Shown here: positions 45,819 to 63,992 of the stretch, piece after piece
Position numbering within the stretch: the first letter of the stretch is position 1
How the letters are laid out: each line of letters starts with the position of its first letter
From: Amoebidium appalachense
Lineage: Eukaryota; Protista; Ichthyosporea
DNA: 64,000 nt
Direction: 5' to 3'
Assembly (NCBI GenBank): GCA_963693365.1
Contig: CAVNZM010000007.1
Coordinates: 8,615,962-8,679,961 of the forward strand
Notes under the pieces: generated by a model
The model's database searches: none
Told to the model about the DNA's origin: nothing
What the model saw: only the letters and a program-made list of their open reading frames with translations
Translations under genes and position numbers: made by a program

Positions 45819-46150
45819 CGAGACTATGAAAACGGTGGTGCACGCCTGCGGAGTGGGACCAGATGTGCATGTACGTGTGCCTGTTGTGTATGACACAGCT
45901 GTAAGTGCTGTCAGGCATGGCCAGCCGCACATCCACCGGTATCGTGATGGCAGTGAGGCTAATCGTGAGATCTTGTTGAGGTGGAGGGCACTTAGGCACC
46001 GGACACCCGGACGGACCGCCACCGGTCACCCCGGCGTTATCCGATACAATGTGAGCCAAACTTTGAAGTCAAGCACTACATAATAATGTTAAAACAGATT
46101 TATTAATTTATACAGACACTATGTAGCAGTTCTAGCGTTCCTGCGTGAAG

Positions 46151-46187
<37 letters not shown>

Positions 46188-46224
46188 TTGAGACATTCAC
46201 ATGCTAGCAAGCCGTAAACGTTTG

Positions 46225-46655
46225 ATGATTGGTCAACACGTATTGGCTGTGAGAATTCAATGCCGATTGGTGGATTACCCTTACTCATGGTGAGCCACGG
46301 CAACTCTTGCATCTTTTCACGGGTGAGTGTGATTGGCTGTCCAGTCTCCGCCACAAGGAAACGTGTGAAGATTCCACAGCGCTTTTACTAAATTGGATCT
46401 AAAGTGCGAAGCTGAAGTTTGAGCTTTCAATATCTCCCATAGCCTCTAGTGTTATACTTCACATAATCGGCAAGTTTGTGTGTTTTTCTCAAGTCAATAA
46501 GCAAGTTCAACTTCCTGAACGATGCCTTTTTGATGAGGCGGCTGGCCGCAATTTATTGGCAGACTCGGAGAGGAATGGAATGCTACTTCATCCATTGGTT
46601 GTGTATCACGTAGGGTTATATTTAGGTGGCTCCTTCCGGTGGCTATATAAAGGGT
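46225..46655 (+). promoter_or_regulatory. Putative promoter: cluster of reverse CCAAT boxes plus TATA box
   Basis: About 7 ATTGG motifs in the same orientation between 46227 and 46600, then ctatataaaggg at ~46644, upstream of the zinc-finger ORF. Confidence 0.45.
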
Positions 46656-47207
46656 TCCCGGCTGGACTTTTTAGAGGAAGCCGCAAGGGTTGTGATCGGT
46701 TGTGTGATCACTCCGGACCTCGTGTTTCGTTACCTCTCTAGTTTACGCACTACGCGGTTTGTTGTATTTGCTTTTTTTTTTTTTTTTTTAATCATTTAAA
46801 GGCATTTTTCACGTGATTATTTTTCACGTTATTTTTGTATCTATTGTCTTTCGAATCCCAACAATTAAAATCGACTCTGCCCCTCGCCCCTGTTAACGTA
46901 CGGCTCGAATTGTGCCCTGCAAAAAAAAAAAAGGAGGTGCACGTACATATCACACATATACATTCTCGTAGCACGTGCCACGTCCAAGAGACTTGTGTAT
47001 GTGTAGACAGATGAATAATAGTTTAAGTTCCAACTATGCATGGTATAGAACGGGAACGTGGTGAACACAGTTTTACTTTCAATGAACTTCTTGGCGAGCG
47101 AAGGTGAACCATCTGTCCTTGGAAGCTAGGCATGAGGGTGATTTTTGTGCTCACTACTTGCCAGCTCTGTTTTCATTGCAAAGCTATCGCTTGCTCCATA
47201 TTACACG

Positions 47208-48341
47208 ATGCATTTGAAAGAGACAACCCACCAAGCTTCTCCTTGGAGGATTCGGATGTTTCAACAAAGCGACCCCGCAATCAAACACTTTCCCGCATAC
47301 GACCCTTCCATAGCAACCCCGCCACAAACACCACCACCAAAAATGGACCGTGCAAATTCTGCTGCCAAGGGTGCTTTGTCGAATTTATCAACAAGCCAAA
47401 CCAACTATGAAAGACTGCATCGCTCCTACTCCATCGGCAGCTGTGCGTCTATGGCTGAATCCAGTCAAGGCCCAGCCACCCCGCCGCTCTCGCCAGCACC
47501 TGAACAGAGTTTCTGTTCTCTTAGACGGCCTGAATCATGCTCGAATATCACCGATGCACTTTCTGGGAGCCTGGCTTTTACTCAGAGGACAATGAGCCCA
47601 GGCCCCGCAAAAATAAGCGGGGTCCGGCCCGGTAGCATGCCCTACCAGAACCACAGATTCCCCAAACCCACACGTAGTGTTTCTGTTACCAGCGTGAACG
47701 ATACCGGTGACGTGGATGAGGATTATCTCAACACTTTAGCCGATTCCTCTTCATCGTTTTCCGTCAGCGACTTTGGCACCTGTCCATCGTGCTCCAGACG
47801 GCGGGGGGACGGCATCCAGGTCGACCGCACATACAGCGCATGCACTTGCCGCACAGACACACACACGCGCTTTTCCTCGCCGCCCTTGTCGATGCCCCGT
47901 ACACAGAGCGCGCCATCTCTCGCCATCCCGAACATTTCCACCAAGTTTTCCATTTGCCCCAAACCAAAACGCAAGCCGCCTCGCCGAGACCTACCCAAAG
48001 CTTTTCTGTGCCCGGTCGTTGGGTGCACACGCGCGTATGCCTTGGACAATTCTCTGAGGCAACACATCCGCCATTTTCACGGCTTGCACTGTAACGGCAG
48101 CCGGCGGATGGAATTTGTGGACTGTGCGTTTTTGTGGGATTTATGCATGAAAACAGATGCACCCCCTGCGTGGTGTAAGGATGATTTGGCGCGAATCAAA
48201 ATGGAGCTGATGTCTTTGGTTGAGGACGGCAATTGCAACGGTGCACGTGGGTGCGAGAACAACACAAAACCACCGAGTGGTTTTGGCAACGATGTGAGCA
48301 GCGATGATCTTATGACCGATTCCACCGCCAAGATAGAATAA
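47208..48341 (+). CDS. Single C2H2 zinc-finger protein with Ser/Pro-rich disordered N-terminus; uninterrupted ORF
   Basis: 1.1-kb non-repetitive ORF. A basic KPKRKPPRR patch precedes FLCPVVGCTRAYALDNSLRQHIRHFH (C-x4-C-x12-H-x4-H). The start may instead be ATG 47256 or 47343. Confidence 0.85.
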   Translation: MHLKETTHQASPWRIRMFQQSDPAIKHFPAYDPSIATPPQTPPPKMDRANSAAKGALSNLSTSQTNYERLHRSYSIGSCASMAESSQGPATPPLSPAPEQSFCSLRRPESCSNITDALSGSLAFTQRTMSPGPAKISGVRPGSMPYQNHRFPKPTRSVSVTSVNDTGDVDEDYLNTLADSSSSFSVSDFGTCPSCSRRRGDGIQVDRTYSACTCRTDTHTRFSSPPLSMPRTQSAPSLAIPNISTKFSICPKPKRKPPRRDLPKAFLCPVVGCTRAYALDNSLRQHIRHFHGLHCNGSRRMEFVDCAFLWDLCMKTDAPPAWCKDDLARIKMELMSLVEDGNCNGARGCENNTKPPSGFGNDVSSDDLMTDSTAKIE

Positions 48342-49075
48342 TGAAGATCGTGTTTCGGATAGCAGATGATAAACTGTTTACAGTAGTCTGTATTTTAATA
48401 TATTTCGATAAGTTTGAAGTACGCAGTATTTGCGAACCGTTGTTACAAACACGTTTATAAAAGAAACGTTTACAGAGATATATTGAAATAGAAATCATTC
48501 TTTCGATGTCTTGAATGTGGAGGGCTGCAGTGATTGCGCCGCGGGCCTAGATGCTTGCTTTAGTACTACATAAAAAGCAGTGCTGGTGAGACATGTTATT
48601 GAACCAACGAACTAGCTGGAAAGTTATCAGACACCAGTGTTTGGCGCCTCTGTGAGGTGGCCGTGATAAATGCGGAATGCACTCATGTGCTATGGTCTGG
48701 AGTATACTTCCCTGATATGTTATTCAAGAATGTATGTTGTTTCATGAATAAACGACACAACTGTCGTATTGACAGCCTAACAAGAACCATTCGGGCCATG
48801 TCCAATCTGTGAACCAGGGTGTATACAGGGGGCACATGTTCAACTACCGAATAAGAGCCTGGTACGTCACCAGTGCATTGTACGTATACCGTACATTGTA
48901 TATGGTAAGCATCATTCAATTGGCAACGTTACCCAATACATTCACCCACCATGCTGTAACGCTGCACACGCACGCACACACAAACGATCGCACGCACACA
49001 CGCACACACACACGCACGCACGTATACACGCGCGCGCACGCACACACATAAACACACACACACACACACACACGT

Positions 49076-49124
<49 letters not shown>

Positions 49125-49679
49125 TGCACACACACTCTCACACACGCATTCAAGCTCACCGTGTGCGTGCACGCATGCACTCACCGTATTCGATCACACA
49201 CACACACGATCTCACACACACAAACGACAAGCTCGCTGAAACATAACAAAGTAGTCGACACCCTGCACAGGCACCAACACACATAAATCACCGCATCCTG
49301 TGGGGAAGAAACGGTCTCATTCACTCAGGCACGTGCACCTGGCGAACCGGCCCAGCCAATATTCATACACCGAGCCATGAGTCCACACGACTATTTTTTA
49401 TTTTTGTATTTTTTTTTTTTTTTTTTTTTTGGGGGTGGGGGGGGGGGGGGGGGGGGGGGGGGGATGGGATTGCTCAAATGCATTGCCAAGCACGTAACAC
49501 CATACATATACTACTCACGACGGACGACACAATGCATGTTTTGCAAAAAAAAAGAGCACACATGTGCACAACTTCACATCCATATCATGTATAGCTACCC
49601 TCGGCGGCGGCGAAGTTGCACTTTAAAAAATTGGGTTATTGATATTTGGTCAGATAAGAGAGGGAGGAGGAAGGGGTTT

Positions 49680-49720
<41 letters not shown>

Positions 49721-50307
49721 AGTCATCCAACGTACTTGAGGTCACTCGACACATACACAGCAACCTCAGCATGCAAATGTTTTAACCCAACTCAAATACT
49801 CCTTCAGTGTACCCGTCTTTACCAGAGACTGGGGGGAAAGCCGGGGGAAGGGGGGCGGGGGGGGTATCACAGCATCCTGTTTACGCACAATTTTCCTGCA
49901 TGAGAGGGTCCATTAACAGTATGTTTATTCTTGCAGCCTCGTGGCACTGCCGCACATTTTGCTAAATATACAGTCAGTCGCACATTATGAGTTAGAGTGT
50001 TGGAATTTCTCATCGACTACCCCATTCCAGTAGGTTTGGCAAATTATTGACACACTTCACACCATTAACATTCATTCACAACACAAGAAGAAAAGAAAAA
50101 AGAAGAAACAGAAGAATTTTGCCTTGATGCTTCGTGTGTGTCTGTCTGTGTGTGTGTGTGTGTGTGTGTACGTATGTGTGTGCACCATTCGAAAGGGTAG
50201 AGTGTATCCACACAGTCATAGACAACCAGAATAAATTTATTTGCAGAACATTTAGAATATATATGAGCCGTAGCGATAAATTGGTCAATACATTCATTGA
50301 TCATAAA

Positions 50308-50342
<35 letters not shown>

Positions 50343-50490
50343 AGAAATAGCGCACAACCCACACAGGGAGCTCAAAAGAGCGGCATGGGTATGCTCGTGT
50401 GATTTGCTGCAAGGGACGTCCTCGCTAACATCTGTTGTGCAGTAATAAGGGGCTCTAGGGTGGTTGGTAGCGGCGGTGCTAAGGGTTGGT

Positions 50491-50614
<124 letters not shown>

Positions 50615-50688
50615 CCGCGCGCGCGCGCGTGTGTGCCCCGGTTGGGGGGGAGGGGGGAGGGGGTGGGGGGAGGGAGGTGGTGGGAGGG

Positions 50689-50733
<45 letters not shown>

Positions 50734-50759
50734 TCTATATGCAGAGGGGCACACACTAT

Positions 50760-54975
<4,216 letters not shown>

Positions 54976-55446
54976 GTCGACTATTTATTTACCGTTGACG
55001 AGACAGATCGCCCAGGCGGGCACCTTTCTGTTGCCCTTAACCTCTTGATTCCCTCTTCCTTTGCAGAACCTGCCGTACTGAGTACTATGGGTTACCCCTG
55101 GTATGTCGACACACCAAGGGCTCGAGTGAAGAGTTGAGGACTTGAGGTGGGGCCGTGAACATTGAACAGCCTGAAGTGAACAGGCAAACTTTCGCGCCAA
55201 AAGTATAATTCCGACAGGTGATTGGTCGTTGATTCCCCGGGCCGCCCTCAGCACCGCTGCTGCAACTCGCTGCTACTACAATGCCGTGCCCGGGGCAATG
55301 GCCGTGCCCGGGGCATGACTATTAATATTGACCACGAAGGCATGTACGAATGTTCCATTGCAACTGCGGAAAAACGCAAGCAGAAATATGGAAACATATA
55401 ATGGGTTTATTTTGAGCTCGAAAACTGTACAAATCTAACAGAATAA

Positions 55447-55837
<391 letters not shown>

Positions 55838-56869
55838 CCCCCCCCCCCTCCCCCTCCCCCCCCTCCCCCCCCCCCCTCCCCCCCCCTCCTCGCCCCCCCC
55901 CCCCCGGGCCCCGGGGTCCCTCCCCCCCTTCTTTTTCCACACAAGGCCTGGACATGGCCATATTGCATTGTCATGGTGACATTGGAATGAACATCACTAG
56001 CAAATGAGACACCAACATGCATTCCAGCAGTACGAATTTGTTGCTCACATACATGCACTAGGTCACCGTGCCAAGTGTCCATGCATATGCGCACACGGCT
56101 CCGGTGTGCATGACATCCCTGCGAGGCCTCACTCACGGATATCATACCCAATACCATCCTCTCCCTCCTCACACCTCCCCCGAGCTCCAAGCTCCTCATC
56201 GTCCTCCGGCCGCGGAACCTCGCCCCCTCAAACCATTCTCCCCAGGAACTCCATCATTAGATCGCCCCTCCCATCCCCCCCCTCCACCCCCTCCCCTCCC
56301 CTCCTCCTCCCTGGGGCAGCTCCCCTGCCGCCCTCCACCTACCTAGGCCTTCTCCCCGGTCACCTCAGATCTCCCCTCCCCCCTTCCCCCCCTCCTCTCT
56401 CTCCCCGCCCCCGGCCTTTCATTTCTTTAAAAAACGTTTAAAAAAGTTTCGGTATGCACATTGTGTGCAGTCAACACGTACGCACACCAGTGATTCTTTG
56501 GTACCCCTGCCAGCCTCTCCGAGTCCTCCAACCCCAACACCGTGCACATAAGACATCATTCCCCACTGATATCCCGTTTTGTTCACGTGTGAGACCCCTT
56601 GCAATTGGGGTTCCTCCGTCGGATCCAGAGGAACCGTACTTGAAGGCTTGTTGGGGTGCTACAGTAGTGGTGCAGTCAACTAGAAGGCAGTACACTAATA
56701 AGAACTTGAAACTACCGGTGCGTACATAGCCCACGATTTTGCCCCAGTCTCGCTCAGAGCCCCCCCCCTCCCCCCCCACCCCCTCTCTCCCCCCTCCCCC
56801 CCCCCCCCCCCCCCCCACCGCCACCCCCTTTTCTCCCGTCTCATTCCACCCACACACATGCACAAACAT

Positions 56870-56917
<48 letters not shown>

Positions 56918-57509
56918 GTGCACACATAAAACACGTGACCTTATTCGCACCTCACGATCGCACATGCTTGCACTTACAACACGCCTATGACAGGACCTGT
57001 GGCCAAATGGTCGACTTAAACTAAGAAAATTGAACCTATGGAACCTTCTTGGACCACTGCCAGCATTCTCGAACATCTTTTTGCTTTTTATTTGTATTGC
57101 AAGAGACTGTTTTTCTTTTCTATATACATTACATTATTCATCTAGACTAAGTGCACGGCACATCTTGTGTTTAATACATCTTAACTGCACAGAATCTCTT
57201 GATCTTCTTTTACAACTACATGATACACTGTAGAGTACACACTTGCTACAGGAACCCACAGGTTCATTATTGCTAAATATCATACAGCCCACGAACTCTC
57301 AAAGTACACGTGTGTTAGTAACCATTCGACGGTTTATATGCACATGGGCTATATACATTTTCACACTAATATTAGTATAAATGTGGCCTGGTTTGCCATT
57401 GACTATGTTAGATGTGTTCACCTCATATTCACTGTGTGCGAGAAAAATACATGATATTGGCACGACATTGGCATACTATACTACAAACCCTGATAACTCT
57501 CGTACGGGT

Positions 57510-57565
57510 TTACACGCTGGAGGCGCAAGAACAGGGAACAGTCTTCGTGCTCGGGTAGACATCGC

Positions 57566-57632
<67 letters not shown>

Positions 57633-57714
57633 CGTGGATATGGGGGCGGGCAAGGGAATGGAGAGGAGGGGAAAAGAGTGGGGCAGGGGGGCAGGTTTGA
57701 GGAGGAGGAGGTGG

Positions 57715-57760
<46 letters not shown>

Positions 57761-59142
57761 GTTAGTACAAGGTAAAGAAGCACTGGAAAACTGGCACAAA
57801 TATAATTGATGAATGTTACGCGTAAAAGTAGCCCAAGCCCTGGCATCCTCTTGTGTTATACCTAGTGCCCTAGTCCCCCTCCTCCCTCTCCCCCCTCCGC
57901 TTCCCCCCCCCCTCCCCCTCCCCCCCCTCCCCCCCCCCCCCCCCCCCCCCCCAACCCCAACCCCTTTTTTTCTCCTCTTCCTATCTCCCAGGCAACGTAA
58001 ACCCCTTTCTATCATATATCATGCTAATGCAGTAAACATACAAATACTCAGCACTATACAGCAAACCCCTTCCCCCCCCCCCCCTTCCCCCAGCCGCCCC
58101 TGCCCTTCTCCCCCCCCCCCCCCCCCCACCAAGAAAAAAAAATTAAATAAAACCAAATAATAATAATAATAATAATAAAGCAGAACCGGCAGTATACATC
58201 GTGTCTGCCTGTCGTAAGTGCTTATATGAGCATGTACGTGCACAAGACAAGGTCACATCCCGAGTCAAACACCAAAATGCTGCATGACATCACTTAGGAA
58301 TGTGGAAGCTGAAGAGAAAGTAAGGCTGGCTGCAAAATAAGCATTTTGGTCAGGCTGGGTGCAAATTAAGCATTGGTCAAGCGGAACATTGATCCTTACC
58401 TCAGCCCCGGTAGGCGGAGTGGCTCTGGGCACCAATCGGAACGTCTGATTTGAGTCGGTGCCGTCACACGGTACAGCACAAAGTGAGCCCTGGCAGGTAG
58501 TCAGGCAGATGTATGCATCTGGCTCGAAAAGGGATATAACGGGGCCATTTGATTGGTCGGGCATTTGCCAGTGCTGGGTTATGTCGTCCACGGCGTTGCA
58601 TGGTTTAGTCATGAGGGGGTAGTTTGGCATGCCACCGTAGGATAGGCAGCGCTCCCCAATCCTGCAAATTATGGTGTGCATGTATTTGTAAGTTTATGGT
58701 ATAAGCTGAACACGGATTTGGCAATTTATATGGCTGGATTATTTGCCTTTGTTATTTTTAAGAGTCTTTTGAAGAGTGCGTGCAAGTGTGGCAAGCGCTT
58801 AAGTGAACCTATAGATTGGGATGTATGCAATGTACACTGGTGATCCATATGCTCTTTGATCCTCCCCCCCTCCCCCCCCCTCCCCACCTACCCCCCTATC
58901 CCCCCCTGAAAAAAAAAAAAAAACGAAAAGAAAGAAAAAAGGAAAAAAGGAAAAAAGGATAAGTAAAAGAAAAAGAAAACAAGAAGAAAGAGAAAAAAGG
59001 AAAACATCCCCCTTTTCTCTCCCTCTCTCTCTCTCTCTCTCCCCCGAGGCTCTCTATCTCTCTCCTCCCCGCCCCCCGCTCCCCCCTCCCCCACCCCCCC
59101 AAAGCACACACACATACACACACATACACACACAAACACACA

Positions 59143-59199
<57 letters not shown>

Positions 59200-59200
59200 A

Positions 59201-59265
<65 letters not shown>

Positions 59266-59670
59266 CACACAACACACACACACACACATACACACACATC
59301 CTGCCCTCCTGCCCCATTCCTCCCCTCCCCTCACGAGGTCCCTCTCCCAGCACATCTTCCTAATCAAGGCGCATACCTCAAGAGGGGTGGATCAAAGAGC
59401 ACATCCAAGCCATTTGATTGGTCCGTGAGAACCGCAATACCATCGCCAGCCACGGCCACAAACTGGGCACTGGGCACTGCCTGCATCTGATTGGCCTGCA
59501 CGGCACTGCACGTGCGGTTGAGGGCCAGTAGCTGCGTGCTGCAGTTGCACACACCCGTGACACGCAGCCAATCGGTGCACATACAATCTGGGAAAAAAAG
59601 GATCCACGTGAGCTTGTGTTCTTTGGCACTTATGTGTCCCCGAAAAAGGGAATGCCCGGGAGAACAGGGA

Positions 59671-59701
<31 letters not shown>

Positions 59702-59906
59702 TCTGCAGTGTGGTCAGAACGGGTGGGCTGGGGGCTGAAGCCCGAAAATAGCTCTTGATGACCTGCAATGAGGCTAAGTTCAAAAAGTTGAAATGGGTGA
59801 GGGATTGACACCAGCTATTTCCCTCCCTTACTTCCGTCTTTCTTTACTTTTCGTTTCCTTTTTCTTCTGTTGTTTCGGGTGTGTGCGTGTGTGCGTGTGT
59901 GCGTGT

Positions 59907-59937
<31 letters not shown>

Positions 59938-61475
59938 GGGGGGGGGGGTATGTGTGTGTGTGGGGGGGGGGGGGGGGAAGGGGGAGGGGTAAAAGGAGAA
60001 ACAGGTGTCCATACTTGCACAAAGATAGGTCTGGCAAGGCTGGGTCTCTGTGTCCTCTCCCTCACAATAGTCCCCCCCGTTGATTGGTGCAGGGTCAGTG
60101 CACGTGCGCTTACGAGAGGCCATGCCCCATTGGCCGCTACCACACGGCCCGTTGCACGTGGACCAATCACCCCACGATGCCCAGTTGCCATTTATGGCAA
60201 TGGCGCATGAATAGGCCGTGCATTTCTCGGCCTGCAATGTGAAAAGAAATGTTCGGTCAGGGAAAAGGAATGTATTGGGAATGGTGTTCCTTGTCTCCAT
60301 TGACTTGCTAAGTTGCATCTGTGGTGTCAGTTGCATGGCAGTAAACAGATCACAATAGCGGCAAAAAATCTGAAGCCAAAGAAGTGGGGAAAAAAACAAA
60401 AAAAGTGCATGTATGTTCTCCGGTAGGATTATCGTATACCAGCCCTTTTTGCTCCTAGCCATAAAAACCCTGCAACAAAATGCGCCAGTCAATTCCCAAC
60501 AAACTATCCCCAGCCTCACCTCCAAACCACTGCTCGGGCACATAGGACCCCCCATTTGTGGAGGGGGGTTTGTGCAATTTCGCTGGCGTGATCTTGTAGC
60601 TGCCATCTCCCCACAGTCACCGGCACAACTACTCCATAGGGTCCATTCAGTCCATCCCCCGGCTACCATCCCCTCAGCCAAAATGTCGGCAGAGGCCGGA
60701 CGTGGAGCTGCACCCAGTGAAATATTTTAGATCGGTGGATTTGATTGGTTGGAAATCTTGCGTGCTTCACCCTCTTTTTTTATGTGCAACAAGAAGTTTT
60801 TGCTGAAATTTTTGCAGCAGGTTTGTGTACCAATGAGTGGGGGTTGTCTTGCCTTTCAACCGACATATGTGGTACAGATGAAGGTATAAGGGAGGGTAGC
60901 ACTTAAACCAACCTCCGTATCTACCATTTTAGCGTCTGGGAGGCGAGCAGCCGAGAGCCAAATTTCTCAGATGTGGCTCACCAATCAGAAGACGATATCA
61001 TATTGCCGATGTCGACATTCAATAACATACGATTTTGCGGCAAAGTTTCAAGCTAAGCGCCAAAACGGCTGCGTGATAATTGTTAACAAATGACGTCACA
61101 CCTCGAACAGTTGATAGGTTCGATAACTTCACAGGCGGCAACAGGGCAATTTGGAATCCTCGATCGGATCAACCTCGATCGTGTCTAAAATGGTAGATAC
61201 GGACCTTGGTTTAAGGGGGTGAATTGAAGGAAACGTTTAGGTTTTTGTGCGTGAAGCATGGTGTGAAGTTTCAAAAGGGTGTTTAGCGCATGATTTCTAA
61301 CCAACCACCATACCTGCAGCCGCTTGGGCAGCAGTCATTGTGTAGCCGCTTTTGCGGAAGGCCAACTGGGCCTCAAAGAGCGACGATGGCTGTGTGTGTG
61401 TGTGTGTGTGGGTGTGTGTGTGTGTGTGGGTGTGTGTGTGTGTGTGTGTGTGTGCGTGTGTACGTGTGTGCGCGT

Positions 61476-61519
<44 letters not shown>

Positions 61520-61749
61520 GCGTGTGTGTGTGTGTGTAGTGGATTCGTTCGTGTTTGTGCTTAGTCCAAGTGTACATGGTATGTCTCAAATATTTGTTAG
61601 TTGACCTACTAGCAAAATTGAAAAGGAAAAAACAAAGCATATGATGCTAAGACACAACCACGCTTGTGGTGGCCTGTTGGCTACGTTGGCGTTCAAGTAG
61701 ACACAGGGGTGGAGAGCACTTGGGACTGGGAAGCCAAGAGGTGTGACCG

Positions 61750-61787
<38 letters not shown>

Positions 61788-63663
61788 CGGGCATACCAAG
61801 ATGGGGGCCGGGGGGGGGGGGGGGGGGGGGAGGGGGGGGGGAGGGCAAGCCATACCAGAACTTTGGCACCGACAGACTCGGTTGCAAAGGTGCTTGATTG
61901 GTCAACGGTCACGGGGTCACCATATAGGCCGGCAATGATTGGCTGGAAGTAGGCGTGCTGGGAGGTGTTGGGGGGCCAGAACTGGTAGTTGCGTGTGCGG
62001 GCACTACTTGTTGCACCCCTGTGTTTTGATTGGTTTAGAGGACACCAATGATATCAGGAATGGCATGTGGAACAACAACAACAAACTTGCCTTTATGCCC
62101 CGCCTATGCAATTAGTCACACTACTAACCGTTATGGGGCTTTTACCCCCCCCATCCCCCCCCCAAAGTCCTACTCTCCCCTTCCTTTTCCTATAGTTTCC
62201 TTACCGATTTCACCCCGAAGTGTAGTATAATGAGGTACCAAGACAGATCAAAAGAAGGCAGAAAGCCAACGGAGGGGCTACAGGCCCCCCCGGGGGGAGG
62301 GAGGGGGTGATACGGGGGGGGGGGGGGGGGGGAGGGCTCACCGATGGTTGAAGTTCCAGATGGTCATGTATTTAGCATTGTGGGGCATGTTGCTGGCAGA
62401 CCCCCCGTTGCCGGTTAAAACCCCCCCAGTCAGGGAGTCCCACAGAATGTTGAAGGTGTGTCTGGCGTGAGAGTCTACACGCCCACCAATCTGAAACACG
62501 TGGTGGGTGAGAGATGGACGGCACAGACATACATTGTGGAAACGTGAAAATTGATTTTAGGATCGCCCGCAAAATGGCAATCATGGCTCGTGTTGATGCG
62601 GCATGTGTGTGTAATTGAAATAAATACCTCACTCCCAACTGTGGATGCCATGATATTACCTTCATGGGGGCATCAAGTACTCTTTGTCCATAAATGACCA
62701 CGGGATAGGTTCCGGGAACTAGAGGGTTGAAGGGGGGGAGGGGGGGGGGGGAGGGAGAGAGAAAGGGGGGGGGGGGGGGGGGAGGGGGGGGGGTAATAGG
62801 CAGAGCGTAGCATGGATTAGATACTGTCATTGTGAATGGATGGCCTGCCAGTCACAAACTCTGCTTAAAAGGGGGGGGGGGGGGGGGGGGAGAGGGAGAG
62901 AAACAGGGTGAAGGAGAAAATGCGCAAATACCGGAATTGTGTTTCTTAGGGCGACCATATTAGTGTTTGAGGAGGCAGTGCTGGGGCCATGCCATTGGTC
63001 AGAGGTCACGTCCTGCACAAGCACCCCGTAGCCCCGCATGCTGTTGATGCCAAAGTGGCCCATCTTACCAGTCACACGCACATTCTGGATCTGGGGGGAT
63101 TGTGGAAAGCTAAGAATGCGTAGACGTTTGATGTGTTGATATGGAGGTTGCGCCTGTGTGTAACTTTGCATAAGGAAAACAAAGGACCTGGCGCGTAGGG
63201 GAAGGGGGGGGATGGGGAGGCGGGTACTCATATGGGAAAAGGGTCGGTGAAAAGTTTTCTGGGTTACATACATGATATATATCTACATAACATAATGGAT
63301 ATCCATCTACTGTCCCCTATAATCCCTTCTATATGTTTTACGCCCTAAGATGGGGTGACATAGTGCTTAAGCTGTGAGGTAGGCTGAGGCTTTGAGAGAA
63401 AACGGAAGTCAGGAGAAGAAGGTGGGGGGAGGGTGGAAGGTTGGGGGGAGGGGTTTCAGGGGGAGGCGGGGGGGGAGAGGGAGGGAGGGGGGAGGGGGAG
63501 AGACCGGGGGCCTCGGCGGGGGGGGGGGGGGGGGGGGGGGGGTATGGAGACTTACAGTGCATGCCATGGATGAGTCCAGCAGGACTGCTATGCTCACGCT
63601 GTCAAACACTACATCCCGCACCCAGCAGTTACGAGCACTCGTGAACCCCAGAGGGCACCAGCC
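57510..63663 (-). CDS. 3' part of a modular, probably extracellular protein: DUF4955-like beta-helix domain + 2 TSP1 repeats + ricin-B-like segment (5' end beyond window)
   Basis: Exons 63663-63556, 63090-62932, 62490-62342, 62018-61856, 61389-61314, 60707-60520, 60231-60015, 59587-59377, 58661-58400 and 57566-57510 splice in frame to a TAA stop. DUF4955-like motifs: [49 protein letters not shown]1 motifs: [29 protein letters not shown] and [27 protein letters not shown]. Ricin-like motifs: CL..QHW and CL..NQTF. Confidence 0.85.
60907..61210. mobile_element. 304-bp TTAA-flanked MITE
   Basis: TTAA|accaacctccgtatctaccattttag ... ctaaaatggtagatacggaccttggt|TTAA. A diverged paralog lies at 14043-14284. 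Confidence 0.88.
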
Positions 63664-63760
63664 CTGACACAAATCCAATTAGCATCGCCAGTGATTAAAA
63701 CTAAACTAAGTGGCACGAATATATGTACTTGAAATTTGATTGAGACATAGAGGAGAGGGG

Positions 63761-63791
<31 letters not shown>

Positions 63792-63831
63792 ACGGGCAAG
63801 AGAGAGGCAAAGGGGGGAGCAGGGGGGGGGA

Positions 63832-63867
<36 letters not shown>

Positions 63868-63944
63868 TTGAAAAGCAGGTTATTGGTTTTCTAACCGCAT
63901 CGAGAAAAAAAAGAGAGAGGGAGACGACATGTTTGTGTTTGTGC

Positions 63945-63992
<48 letters not shown>

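Noticed and set aside
55940-56730. Extra exons joining the TSP1 gene to HAUS2
   Set aside because: The TSP1 gene stops at 57510 and is followed by an AT-rich 3' UTR-like region, HAUS2 has its own plausible start exon, and the open frames here have no recognisable homology.
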